64,000 bases of DNA from Microcoleus sp. (GTDB lineage: Bacteria > Cyanobacteriota > Cyanobacteriia > Cyanobacteriales > Microcoleaceae). The position numbers were made by a program, and so were the translations under genes. The stretch lies in assembly GCA_052279835.1 (NCBI GenBank), contig CP181291.1:768001-832000 (forward strand), given 5' to 3'. Positions 39,654 to 50,900 of this stretch are shown piece after piece. The notes under the pieces are model-generated. The model was not told where the DNA came from and searched no databases. It saw only the letters and a program-made list of their open reading frames with translations. Numbering within the stretch: position 1 is the stretch's first letter; each line of letters begins with the position of its first letter.

Positions 39654-40469
39654 TTAAATGCCTTCCAAACACAAAGCGAGCTCTCTAGCAAAATCCTCCG
39701 GCGCATCCAGCATCAGCCAGTGTCCAGTATCCGGGATCGTAGTAGTCTTGAGTGTGGGACGCAGGATGTGGAGGCTGAACGGAAAAGCATTGGAGGGAGC
39801 AATAATTGCGTGGACTCGTGTTCCTGGGGCTGCTAGGTAGCGATCGAGCGCATTGACTGCCTCAAAGGCAAACATACCACGATACATTCCAAACAGCCGA
39901 TCGCGCGGAGTCGCCGCCAAATTAGCCAAAATCCGCTCGCGCGTACCCGCCACACTTCCTGTGAGTGCATCATTAAAACCCACTTCCACCGCAGCCCGCC
40001 AATCCTCCGTCTCCAACGCTCTCTGGAACGGAACTAACTGTGCCTCGTACACCTCTACGGACACCTTGGTAAAGTCTCCTGGCGGGTCTACTAGAATCAA
40101 CTGGGCGATGCGCTGTGGTGCGGTGGCAGCAGTAGCAAGGGCAATACAAGCACCGAAACTGTGCCCGACGATCGCCACTCGATCTAGTCCCAGTCGATCG
40201 AGCACAGCCAAAACATCCGCCGCACAAGAGACAGGGGCGTAGTTCCCATCCTCCGGCACCGCGGAATCACCATGTCCCCGCACATCCAGGGCGATCGCCC
40301 GTCGGCTATGGGCTACACGCGCCTGCTGCGTATCCCAGATCTTCGCGGTTTCCACCATACCGTGCACAAACACCACCGGTAGCGCTTCCGACTCCCCACT
40401 GGTGACAGAGGGGCTGGCTTGTAGAATGTGAATCGGGCCGATCGGTCCTTGAATAATTGTCGATCGCAT
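39654..40469 (-). CDS. Alpha/beta hydrolase
   Basis: VVFVHG, DVRGHGDS, GHSFG nucleophile elbow, GHW. Confidence 0.9.
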   Translation of the reverse strand: MRSTIIQGPIGPIHILQASPSVTSGESEALPVVFVHGMVETAKIWDTQQARVAHSRRAIALDVRGHGDSAVPEDGNYAPVSCAADVLAVLDRLGLDRVAIVGHSFGACIALATAATAPQRIAQLILVDPPGDFTKVSVEVYEAQLVPFQRALETEDWRAAVEVGFNDALTGSVAGTRERILANLAATPRDRLFGMYRGMFAFEAVNALDRYLAAPGTRVHAIIAPSNAFPFSLHILRPTLKTTTIPDTGHWLMLDAPEDFARELALCLEGI

Positions 40470-40502
40470 AAAATTTTCTCCTCAATTTTAATCTTCCTGT
40501 TT

Positions 40503-41709
40503 TTAAACAACCAATTTTACCTCTGTTACTCCTTGGCGCAACTCATACTGTCCTTTCACCCAAAATTGTTTAATTCTTTCACCCAAAAATGGAGCCAATT
40601 GCATCATCAATAAACGCACAAATCCATTATTTCGCAATTGTTCGCCTTTCCATGCTTCTTGTGCTTGCAGTTGTTGGGCGCGCCTAATTTCTGGTTCCCG
40701 TTCGGCCTGAATCTGCGATAATGCTAAATCAATATCCTCAACATTAGCCCCTGCTTTCAATAAAGGTACAAGGTGATTTGCCGCCACAATTACATCACGA
40801 AAACCCATATTAATTCCTTGGGCGCGCACCGGAGACATGGGGTGGGCGGCATCCCCCAAAAGTAGGATTCCTGGCTGGTACCAGCGCGGACAACGACCAA
40901 CTACTACAGATAGTCGCATCGGAGATTCTATGGTATCTTTATGGTTACGGAAATGCTCGGCCATCCATAAAGGCGATCGCGATGCGAAAGTTTCCGCCCA
41001 ATCTGTGTGTTTGCGATCGGCTTTGTCCCTGGGCTGATAACACCCAAGCCAGATGCAGTTTGCCATCTTCTGCGCCGTGAAAAACACTGAATGCACTACC
41101 ATCATTTAGGATAGAATAAAAGATATTATCCGCCACAAACCGAGGATGAGCAGCCAGTTTAAACCACAGCACATCGATACTATTCTGCTGTTTCACCAAC
41201 TCCAATCCAGCCCGTTGTCGTACCACGGAGTTTCTACCGTCAGTACCAATGACAAGCGTCGCCGAAATCTCTCGCCCATCTGCTAATTTGACGCCAGAAA
41301 TGCGATCGCTGTTGTAAATTAAATCTTTTACCGGAACACCTTGGATCAATTCAAATTCTGGATGCAATTGAGCGGCTGCAATTAGTGCTTCAATTAAGGG
41401 CGGCTGAGAAACTAGGGTACAAGGTTGATTGGAACCCATGGGCTCATCAACTCGAAATAATAGTCGATCGCCTACAATAAACTCCCAACCATCTATTTTT
41501 CGGTGTGGTACACTTGGGAGCATGGAGGATAAGCCCATTTGGGCGATCGCATCCAATCCACTCGGCATTAAACCTTCACCACGAAACACTCGGTAGTAAT
41601 CTTTTGCAGCCTCAACCAAGGTAACACTAATCCCTCGTTTCACCAGCAGCAAAGCAAGTGACGCACCCGTTGGCCCCGCTCCCACAATTACAACTTGCAT
41701 CGCTGGCAT
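40503..41709 (-). pseudogene. FAD-dependent monooxygenase/oxidoreductase split by a +1 frameshift (real or sequencing error)
   Basis: GAGPTG and DGRNSVVR in one frame; LLGDAAHPMSPVRAQGINMG in another; junction near 41027-41029. Confidence 0.85.
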
Positions 41710-41736
41710 TTCTGATAGTTCGCTAATTTCTTCCCA

Positions 41737-44148
41737 CTATACCTTACTCATCGCAGAAACACAATTTGAACCAGAGGTACTGACATCGATCGGAATCTGC
41801 ACAATAAACTCTGTCCCCTCACCAGGCGCAGAAATACAACTAATTTGACCTCGATGTTTTTCCACTACAATATTGTGACAAATAGATAACCCTAAACCTA
41901 TACCACTTCCCACGGGTTTTGTAGTAAAAAACGGGTCAAATATTTTAGAACGCACTTCTTCATTCATTCCATGGCCATTATCAGAAATGCGAACCACAAT
42001 GCCATTAGAAATGGGTGAATTAGATTGCCAACTATCCATTTTTGTACTGATGGTAATTCTGCGCCGTGAGGATTTAGTTTCCAGAGCATCAATAGCATTA
42101 GCTATCAGGTTCATAAATACCTGATTTAACTGCGACGCATAACAAGTGAATTTGGGCAAGGGACTGTAGTCTTTAATTATCTCAATTTCCTTGCCATTAT
42201 TTGAACCATTGATTAGGTGTTGCAAAATCAATAAAGTATTATCAATACCTTCATGAATATCCACTAACTTGTACTCTTTTTCATCCAGGCGGGAGAAGTT
42301 TCGTAAAGACAACACAATCTTGCTAATCCGAGATGCACCCTCTTTCATCGACTTCAACAATTTTGGATAATCATCGGCGATGAAATCGGGATCGATATGA
42401 TCCAATATTTGCAGAATGTCGGCCGCTGGTTGGGGGTAATTTTTGCGGTACAATCTAACGAGATCCAGCAAATCTCGCGCATAGTCCATCGCTACAGTAA
42501 TATTGCCGTAGATGAAGTTAACGGGATTATTGATTTCGTGAGCAACCCCAGCCACTAGCTTACCTAAAGAAGCCATTTTTGCCTTTTGTACCAACTGAGA
42601 TTGAGTATTTTTAAGTTCCGTTAAGGTGTCTTCAAGTTGCTGCGCGTAGGATTGAACTTCTTCATAGATTTGGGCTTGCTTAATCGCAATTGCTACCGAG
42701 TCAGCCACTGCACACAGTAATTCTACTTCAAAAGCTTGCCAGTAGTACGATCGATTTTCTTTCACCACACAGATACTACCCCAAACTTGTGAGTCAACCT
42801 TGAGCGGTACGAATAACCATGCGCCAAGAGATAGTTGAGTTAAGCGTTGTTTAATTTCATCAGAACAAGTATTAACGTCATCAATTTTCACAATTTCTGA
42901 TTGCTTAAGCCGATCGGAAATTTCATTATTTTCTTCTGAAGTTTCTATCCCTAAACTTGTCTCTAACTGACTAGAATCATAATACTCTGATATATTGATC
43001 CATAGCTTTCTTTCTGGGAAATATTTGATAATAGCAACACGGTCTCCCCCTAGGCTAAGGGCAATCTCGCGGACAGCGGTAGCAAAAATAGTATTTAAAT
43101 TCAGAGAACTGCGGATAGATTGAGTTAAGTGATTCAGTAATTGCTCTTTTTGAAATTGCTGTTTCAATCTTTCTTCTGCTAGCTTTCGCTGAAGTATTGA
43201 ACCTAGTTGAGTTGCGAGAGCTTTCATCAATTCCATGATGCGGATTTGACACAAAATGGCTGTTGTATTGAAAAAGCTTAAAATCGCAATTACCCTATTT
43301 TCAACTAAAATTGGTACACCAAAACAGGCTTTTAAACCAGCTTTTTCCGCCATTTGATTGCGGAGAAAAATTTCATCTGGCGCTAGAGAAATATCTTCTA
43401 GCCACTCGGGTTTCTTGGAAGACCAAATTCTCCCTGGTAGTCCTACGTTGGGAGCAAATTTTATTAACAAACTTTGGCTGATATAATCGAATAAATCTGT
43501 TTTTTTGGCATAAGAGTTTTGGCTGCAATTTAAATAACTTCCATCATGACTGGGTATCCAAGCTTCTGCTAAGTCCCAATTAATGAAGTCGCAACACAAC
43601 CGCAGCATGACGGATATTGACTCTTCAAAATCCTTAGTTTCCGCCATGGCAAAGGTAGTGTTAAGCAAAAAATCGGTTTCTTCTTGGGCAACTTTTCTCT
43701 CCAGGATTTCTGATTCAAGGCTGTGATTTTGTTGTTGAATTTTCTGAAATAACCGACGTTGAATGAGTTGATTGGAAACCCGGACCAAAACCTCTTGATC
43801 GTGAAATGGTTTGGTAATATAATCTACTCCGCCGACTTCAAAAGCTTTGACTTTATCAAAAACTTCATTTAAAGCACTAATAAAAATAACGGGAATGTCT
43901 TTGGTTTTTGGCGAAGCTTTCAAGGCTTGGCAAACTTGATAGCCGTCCATGGCAGGCATCATGATATCCAGCAAAATCAAATCAGGAGGAGTTAAATCAA
44001 TGGAACGTAGAGCTAGTTGACCATTAGGGGCAGTGCGTGTTTTGTATCCTTGCTCAGATAGTATTTGAGCTAAAAGTTGCAAATTCGTGGAAATATCATC
44101 AACAATTAAAATATTTCCTTTAAAAGAATGAGGTGTCTGATGATTCAT
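41737..44148 (-). CDS. Hybrid sensor kinase: REC-GAF-GAF-HisKA-HATPase
   Basis: ILIVDD, LILLDIMMP, VAHEINNP, QVFMNLIANA, DNGHG, DPFFTTKPVGSGIGLGL. Confidence 0.93.
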   Translation of the reverse strand: MNHQTPHSFKGNILIVDDISTNLQLLAQILSEQGYKTRTAPNGQLALRSIDLTPPDLILLDIMMPAMDGYQVCQALKASPKTKDIPVIFISALNEVFDKVKAFEVGGVDYITKPFHDQEVLVRVSNQLIQRRLFQKIQQQNHSLESEILERKVAQEETDFLLNTTFAMAETKDFEESISVMLRLCCDFINWDLAEAWIPSHDGSYLNCSQNSYAKKTDLFDYISQSLLIKFAPNVGLPGRIWSSKKPEWLEDISLAPDEIFLRNQMAEKAGLKACFGVPILVENRVIAILSFFNTTAILCQIRIMELMKALATQLGSILQRKLAEERLKQQFQKEQLLNHLTQSIRSSLNLNTIFATAVREIALSLGGDRVAIIKYFPERKLWINISEYYDSSQLETSLGIETSEENNEISDRLKQSEIVKIDDVNTCSDEIKQRLTQLSLGAWLFVPLKVDSQVWGSICVVKENRSYYWQAFEVELLCAVADSVAIAIKQAQIYEEVQSYAQQLEDTLTELKNTQSQLVQKAKMASLGKLVAGVAHEINNPVNFIYGNITVAMDYARDLLDLVRLYRKNYPQPAADILQILDHIDPDFIADDYPKLLKSMKEGASRISKIVLSLRNFSRLDEKEYKLVDIHEGIDNTLLILQHLINGSNNGKEIEIIKDYSPLPKFTCYASQLNQVFMNLIANAIDALETKSSRRRITISTKMDSWQSNSPISNGIVVRISDNGHGMNEEVRSKIFDPFFTTKPVGSGIGLGLSICHNIVVEKHRGQISCISAPGEGTEFIVQIPIDVSTSGSNCVSAMSKV

Positions 44149-44154
44149 GCCTAA

Positions 44155-47100
44155 TTATATGTCTGGCTTGATCAGATCTAGTATTTGATTGAACAGAAAT
44201 TCGTTAGCTAAAGCTGTAAGAGCGTTGGCTAAAGATTCATGACGATCGCGAATTTGCTCAATTTGAGTGAGAATTAACTCTAGATCGCACTCAATTGTAG
44301 CTTGTTCTAAGGACACCAGCCAATCCGCAGGCAAACCCGCCAGAGCTTCAGGAGTCAAAGCTTCGGTTTGATTTGATTCCTGTGTATTCTGAGGTTCATC
44401 GTAAATGTAACGCACTCCTAGATGTTTGTGAAGGGCATCAAAGATTTCTGCTTCTCGAAACGGTTTGCGGATAAAGTCATCGTAATCATCAGAGAGAACC
44501 ATGGTTCGCCCTTTCTCCGCAGTGCTAGCACTCACCGCCACAATGGCGGTAGCTTGACCTTTAACGTTAGCTTTAATACGTTTTGTCGCCTCATACCCAT
44601 CCATGATGGGCATCCGCATATCCATGAAGATTAAGTGGGGTTCAAAACTCGACCATACTTCAATGGCTTCTATGCCATTACTAGCTTCTTGAAGTTCAAA
44701 CTCAAAACGGTTGAGCATTTTGACTAGGAGTTCGCGCAAATCTGCTCGATCGTCCACAATCAGAATACGATAAGTGGGCTGGTTGGGTTCCAGACCAATG
44801 ACTTGACGAGATAGCTGTTTGGGTTTAACGGTACTAGCATCAACCACTGTTACTGGGATATCGAAGGTGAAAGTAGTACCGCATCCGACTTGACTGCGCA
44901 CTGCAATTTGACCCCCCATGAGTTTGACAAACTGTTGGCTAATCGCCAATCCTAAACCCGTTCCCTGCTGGTAAGATGCCCCTGTTTGGGTTTGTACAAA
45001 GGCTTGAAACAGTTTGTCTAGCTCATCAGGAGCCATACCACAGCCAGTGTCTTCTATTTCAAAATGTAATTGGTGATTGGGCAACCCCCCCCTCGCCCCC
45101 CCCAAGGGGGGATTGGGTGATGGGGGATTGGGTGATGGGGGATTGGGCAACCCCCCCCTGGCCTCCCAACCCCCCCCTGCCCCCCCCAAGGGGGGAATGG
45201 ATGATGGGGGAATGGGTGATGGGGAATTGGGTGATGGGGGATTGGGTGATGGGGAATTGGGCAACCCCCCCCTGGCCTCCCAACCCCCCCCTGCCCCCCC
45301 CAAGGGGGGAATGGATGATGGGGGAATGGGTGATGGGGAATTGGGTGATGGGGGATTGGGCAACCCGCTACCTCCCTCTCGCCCGTCCCTTGGAGGGAAT
45401 GGGGGAAGGAATTGCTGATTTTCATTGCTGAAAACTGAACTTATTCTGAGAGAAATTCCTCCTTCTTTCGTAAACTTCATGGCGTTAGAAAGCAGATTAA
45501 TTAAAACTTGGCGCAACTTGACTTCATCAGCTCGTAGGTATGGAGGGACATTACTAGAACAGTCAAAGATTAACTGCAATTGTTTTTCCTGAGCCTGAAG
45601 TTGGAACATCTCTTCAACTTCGTTCAACAAGCTCTTTAATTCAAACTCTATGGGATTCAGGGTAATGCGCCCTACTTCTATTTTTGCTAAATCTAATACT
45701 TGATTAATCAGAGTCAGGAGGTGTTCTCCGCTGCGGTTGATGATGCGGAGATTTTCTTGATCTTGGAGATTGAGATTGGTAGAGTGTTGCATCAATTGGG
45801 AGAAGCCAAGAATGGCGTTGAGGGGTGTACGCAATTCGTGACTCATATTTGCCAAGAAAGTGCTTTTTGCGCGGTTAGCGGCTTCTGCTGCGAGGGCAGC
45901 TTCTTGGAGTTGTATTGCCTGTTTTTGAGTAGCGTCGAGTAATTGAGCTTGTTGCAGCGCAACTCCAAGTTGAGTGCTAATTTGCAGCGCAATATGGATT
46001 TCTGCTTTGCGCCAAGTGCGGGGCATGGAATTTTGATAACTGGCGAGTAAACCCCAAATTTGACTGCCACAAAAGATGGGAACAATTAAATAGGCTCTGG
46101 CTTGAAACCGCTCTAAAAGTTCGAGGTAACAAGGAGTAAACCCAGCTTGGTAAATATCTTCTATTGCGCGGTAAAGAACGCCTTGACTGTACAAACTGTC
46201 TTTATTTTGTTGTATGTATGTATCAAGGACTTGTTCGCCAGAGGGTTGGAAGGTTTTTGCTTGACAATTAGGGTCTTCGATGATATTACCCGATAAATTA
46301 GCAGTTTCCGATCGCTCCAGCAGAGGTATCCAATCCTTCCCCACAGACTCGGCAACAAATTCCCCACTCCAATCAGGATTAAAGCGATAGATACCAACAC
46401 GATCGCATTTGAGGATTTCTCGCAGTTCAGAGGTGGTGGTATTAAATATCGTGTCAATATCTAAGGACTGGCGCATTCGTTCGATGGAGCGAGCGAGGGC
46501 TTGTTCCCGTTCTATGCTATCTTGCAAGGCTTCTTCTGCCTGCTTGCGATCGCTAATATCCAAGACAGTACCAAACAAACGGACTAACTGCCCTTTTTCA
46601 TCAAAAACAGGTTCGCCTCTGACTTCAATATAAGAGATCGATCCATCTTTTTGACGCAGCCGCAAATCTGTTTCAAAGGCTAGTCCAGTGAGAGCTTTTT
46701 TGTTAACCAGTTTGAGATAGCGATGGCGATCTTGAGGATGAATAAATTTGACTAATTCATCCGATTCTAGTGGGGGTTGACTGGGGTCAATTTTGTGAAT
46801 GTGATAAAGTTCTTCACTCCAAATAGTTGTTTTTGTGGTCAAATCGTATTCCCAAGTGCCAATATGAGCAATTTTTTGAGCTTCCAGCAAGTTAGCTTCG
46901 ACCCGTTTGCGATCGCTAATGTCACGAGCCACCCACACCACAGAACGATTTGGGAGTGGCGAAATACTAGCTGAAAACCAAACTTCTTGCTGATTAAGGC
47001 GTAGACTATAATCAAAATTAACAGTTTTTTGGGTAGCCAACGCCTCTAGAACTTTAGCAAACCAAACATCTTCGTTTTCTTCTTGAAAAAAATTGAGCAC

Positions 47101-47856
47101 TATTAAATAAAACTCATTCAGATCGCAGGCGTAAAAGCTAGTCGCCTTCGTCGGTATAATTTGTAAATTTTTTTGTTCATCCAGAATCAGTACAATATCG
47201 GCAATGGAGTCGAAGATGGTATTAATTTGCTGAGTAGAACTATCCAGTTTACCTTCTAGTAATTGACGGTCTCTCATTTCAGTTTGTAATTGTTCGTGAG
47301 TACGAGCTAATGCTGTGCTACGTTCAATGACTTCGGCTTCTAGAGTCCGATTGTAGTCACTCAATATTTTTTCACTTTGTTTGCGTTCAGTAATATCAGT
47401 AAAAGCAACGATCGCATAGCTGATATGTCCTGATTCATCAAAAATTGGTCGAGCACGTACCTCAAAGGAATTAATATTTCCATCTCGATGAATTTCTATA
47501 TCGTCAAGATATACTGTTTCGCCCTTGAGCGCTCGTACAACTGGTAGTTGTTCCTGGGGACATAGCTGGTTTTGACGATATATTTGATAAGCTTGGGCAA
47601 GATTTTCGGTAGTGCTATTAGGGATATTTACGATACCGAGGGCATCCTGGGCTATTTGATTGAGGTATATACATTTGCCCGTGGCATCATGGATAGCTAC
47701 CCCCACAGGCATACTTTCAATAAATTGTTTGAGTTGGCTCTCACTCAGCCCTAAAGCTTGATTTACAGAGTCGATTTCTGCAAAAGAATTTTGCATTTTG
47801 GATGTCATTACATTGAAGGAATTTGCTAGTTCTGTCACGGCATCATTAGCATCCAT
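44155..47856 (-). CDS. Hybrid sensor kinase: partial HAMP, PAS x3, CBCR-like GAF, HisKA-HATPase, REC
   Basis: MSHELRTPLN, QVLINLLSNA, GTGLGLAI, IFMDMRMP; GAF with DTYIQ and CY motifs. Confidence 0.93.
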   Translation of the reverse strand: MDANDAVTELANSFNVMTSKMQNSFAEIDSVNQALGLSESQLKQFIESMPVGVAIHDATGKCIYLNQIAQDALGIVNIPNSTTENLAQAYQIYRQNQLCPQEQLPVVRALKGETVYLDDIEIHRDGNINSFEVRARPIFDESGHISYAIVAFTDITERKQSEKILSDYNRTLEAEVIERSTALARTHEQLQTEMRDRQLLEGKLDSSTQQINTIFDSIADIVLILDEQKNLQIIPTKATSFYACDLNEFYLIVLNFFQEENEDVWFAKVLEALATQKTVNFDYSLRLNQQEVWFSASISPLPNRSVVWVARDISDRKRVEANLLEAQKIAHIGTWEYDLTTKTTIWSEELYHIHKIDPSQPPLESDELVKFIHPQDRHRYLKLVNKKALTGLAFETDLRLRQKDGSISYIEVRGEPVFDEKGQLVRLFGTVLDISDRKQAEEALQDSIEREQALARSIERMRQSLDIDTIFNTTTSELREILKCDRVGIYRFNPDWSGEFVAESVGKDWIPLLERSETANLSGNIIEDPNCQAKTFQPSGEQVLDTYIQQNKDSLYSQGVLYRAIEDIYQAGFTPCYLELLERFQARAYLIVPIFCGSQIWGLLASYQNSMPRTWRKAEIHIALQISTQLGVALQQAQLLDATQKQAIQLQEAALAAEAANRAKSTFLANMSHELRTPLNAILGFSQLMQHSTNLNLQDQENLRIINRSGEHLLTLINQVLDLAKIEVGRITLNPIEFELKSLLNEVEEMFQLQAQEKQLQLIFDCSSNVPPYLRADEVKLRQVLINLLSNAMKFTKEGGISLRISSVFSNENQQFLPPFPPRDGREGGSGLPNPPSPNSPSPIPPSSIPPLGGAGGGWEARGGLPNSPSPNPPSPNSPSPIPPSSIPPLGGAGGGWEARGGLPNPPSPNPPSPNPPLGGARGGLPNHQLHFEIEDTGCGMAPDELDKLFQAFVQTQTGASYQQGTGLGLAISQQFVKLMGGQIAVRSQVGCGTTFTFDIPVTVVDASTVKPKQLSRQVIGLEPNQPTYRILIVDDRADLRELLVKMLNRFEFELQEASNGIEAIEVWSSFEPHLIFMDMRMPIMDGYEATKRIKANVKGQATAIVAVSASTAEKGRTMVLSDDYDDFIRKPFREAEIFDALHKHLGVRYIYDEPQNTQESNQTEALTPEALAGLPADWLVSLEQATIECDLELILTQIEQIRDRHESLANALTALANEFLFNQILDLIKPDI
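45072..45412. repeat. In-frame repeat insertion in the HATPase domain (15-nt GGGTGATGGGG(G/A)ATT units, C8AAG6 hairpins, 114-bp duplication)
   Basis: Encodes [32 protein letters not shown] twice; duplicated blocks start at 45145 and 45259. Confidence 0.9.
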
Positions 47857-47996
47857 TGGTCAAATTTTCTCCGCTTGACTTTTGGGAATATGTTGAAAAT
47901 AATTATATAGGCAAAATCTAGATGGATTTTGGTAATCCATCTAGAGCAGTTACACGGAGAAAATTTAGTGAAAGGCAGACCCTGGTAACAACTAAG

Positions 47997-50900
47997 CTAC
48001 TGAAAATCGTTTTGATTCAAACCTGCTAATTTGGCTAAAACTGCCACGAATTGAGCGGGTTCGATGGGCTTGGTTAAGTGTTCGTCATAGCCGGCGGCGA
48101 TCGCCAAGGCGCGGTCTTCATCCCTAGCATAGGCCGTTAGGGCGATAGCTGGCAAGCGCTTGGTGAGAGCAGATGGGGACGATCGAATTTTGCGGATCAG
48201 AGAGTAACCATCCTCGATCGGCATACCGATGTCACTCACCAATATATCCGGCTGGAACTTGCCTAAAATCTTGATCGCCTCCGCCACCGAACCAGCCGCG
48301 ATCGCCACGGAACCCCATTCCGAAAGCATCACAGTCAAAAGTTCGCGATTGTCAGGTTCATCATCCACCACCAAAACCTTCAAACCAGCCAGAATTCCAG
48401 GACGCAAAAACGGGGAATTCCTGTCCCCTCTCAACTGTGACTTCTGACTTTTCGGCTGTTTGAGTGGTAGTTTCACCGTAAATGTAGCACCTAGATCTAG
48501 ACCGGGACTTTCGGCTGTGACACTCCCGCCGTGGAGTTCCACCAAGTGACGGACGATGGCCAATCCCAGTCCCAAACCATTATTAGCCCTAGTAATTGAG
48601 CCGTCAGCTTGGCGGAAGCGATCGAACACATGGGGCAGAAACTCAGCAGAAATGCCCTTTCCGGTGTCGGTGACTTGAATTTGCAGGTAATTAGTCATGG
48701 GTAGCGGCGAAAGTGCGGCAACTTCGCCTTCCCCTGTCAAATTCGCAATGGAACCTCCCAACTCCCTGGACAAGCGCAATTCCACAGTGCCACCCGACGG
48801 TGTAAACTTCACGGCATTGGTCAGCAAATTCGATATTATTTGCTGCAACCTGTGAGGATCTCCCCAGATCAATCCGAGTGCGGGGTCAAGTTGTGAGTTG
48901 AGGTTGACAGACTTGGCCTGGGCGTCAAAACTGACTAAATTCATCGCCACGTCGATCGTCTTGACTATATCTAACCAGCCAGTTTTCAGAGACAGCTTAC
49001 CTTGAATGATCCGGGAAACGTCGAGCAAATCTTCCACCAAATGGGTCTGTACCCTTCCCTGACGCTCGATCGCTTCCAGGGCACGGGCTAAGGTGGCTGC
49101 ATTATAGGTGCGAGTGCGAAGCACCTGAGCCCAACCCAGAATCGCATTTAAAGGAGTCCTCAGTTCGTGGGAAAGAGTCGCTAAAAACTCGTCTTTGAGG
49201 CGGTTGATGGCTTCGGCTTCGGCCCGCGCGGCCCGTTCGCGTTGCAGTAATTCGGTGCGTTCTGCCTCGGCTTGTTTGCGATCGCTGATATCAGCGACGA
49301 TCGACATACAATTAATATTGCCCTTGCCATCATCTATGGGAGTTGCCCACAAACTGATATCGATCTGTGTACCGTCTTTCCTTTGGCGCTTAGTTTCCAC
49401 TCCGGCGATCGCATTTCCTTGCCGAATGCCTTTCAACTTAGCGGTAAATTCGTCCCGTTTATTGGCAGGAACATTGGGCAAAAAGTGACCGATTGCCTCT
49501 GATTCCTTCCAACCAAAAATTCTTTCGGCCGCTGGATTCCACAGTGTTACCACACCATCTTCGGAGTTGAAAACGGTAATTGCCAGAGGACAGGCATGAA
49601 CCAAGGCTTCTAAAGTTTGATTGATTGCCGATCGCGCTGCTTCTGCTTGTTTGCGAGCGCTAATGTCGAGAACAAAGAACGAACCTTTGTCTTGGCATCC
49701 TTGGAAATGTGCCGCACCGATCAAAACTGGCAAGTGCGTGCCATCTTTGCGGATGTAGGATTTTTCAAAAGGCGTGCAACTCCCGAAGGCTGAGATTTGC
49801 TCCAAGGCTATGCGATCGAGATAGGCCTGTTCTGGTGGCGTAATTTGCGACCAATACAGGTTTCCCGAAACCAAGTCTTCCCTGGTATATCCAAGCATAT
49901 TTAGCAAGGCATCATTAGCTTCAGTAATTGCGCCTTCTCTATCCCAAAAACCGATACCGATCATGTTTGATTCTACGACACTGCGGAAGCGTATTTCGCT
50001 TTCTCGCAAAGCTATTTCTGTCTGTTTAGCTACAGTAATATCTGTGAGAATTATGCCAGCTCCTATGGTTTCTCCATTTTCATTTTTCACGGGATAGTAA
50101 TTACCTACCCAATGGCCAAAAACACCCATTTCTCCCTTAGATTCTCCGCTAATCTCGACGTTCAAAATTGGCTCGCCAGTATCTATAACCTGCTGAATTA
50201 TCCAGGCAAATTGGGCTGCCGATTCTGGCAAAAGTTGGCGGAAGTCTTGACCCAAATGTTGTTCGGCTGACAAGCCGTTGAGTTCTGCTAAGACTTGATT
50301 GATGCGGATGTAGCGCATTTGGCGATCCAAAAAACAAATCCCCAAAGGAGATGCTTCCAATAGCGAGTCAATTAAGGCAAAGGATTCGGATGTTTGAGCC
50401 AGTGCTTGCTGGGCTTCTGCATAAAGTCTGGCATTATCAAGACCTAGGGCGACGTGGTAAGCTAGGTCTTCTAGCATGGCTAAATCTGCCGAATTGTAGT
50501 GGCGATCGCACTCAGATGTAAAGCAAGTAATAGCACCGATGACTCGTCCCCGCGCCGTCATCGGTACGCAAGCTTGGGAGCCGATATTGAGCGATCGTAA
50601 TACTTCTAGTTCTGCTTCATTTCCAGATACTGTTGCTAAGATTTCTGGATTTAACTCACTAATTAATTCAGATGTTCCCGTGCGAATTACTAAGGAATAA
50701 CCATGTAAAACATGATTATCAATATTTCCCACCGTCAACAAATTCCTCCCATCCAGCCGGGAGGCTTCTGCGTGAGCAACAGCGACTAGGCGAACTTGGT
50801 CATCGGTTTCCCTCAGATGAATCCAGCAACCCTGTGCTACCATTTCCACGGCTAATTCGGCGATATTTTGCAACACAGTTTCGCCATCAAAGCTCGCAGC

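Noticed and set aside
44976..45431. Several Pro/Gly-rich ORFs on both strands, or an intein
   Set aside because: Alternative frames of the repeat insertion; no intein splice-junction motifs seen
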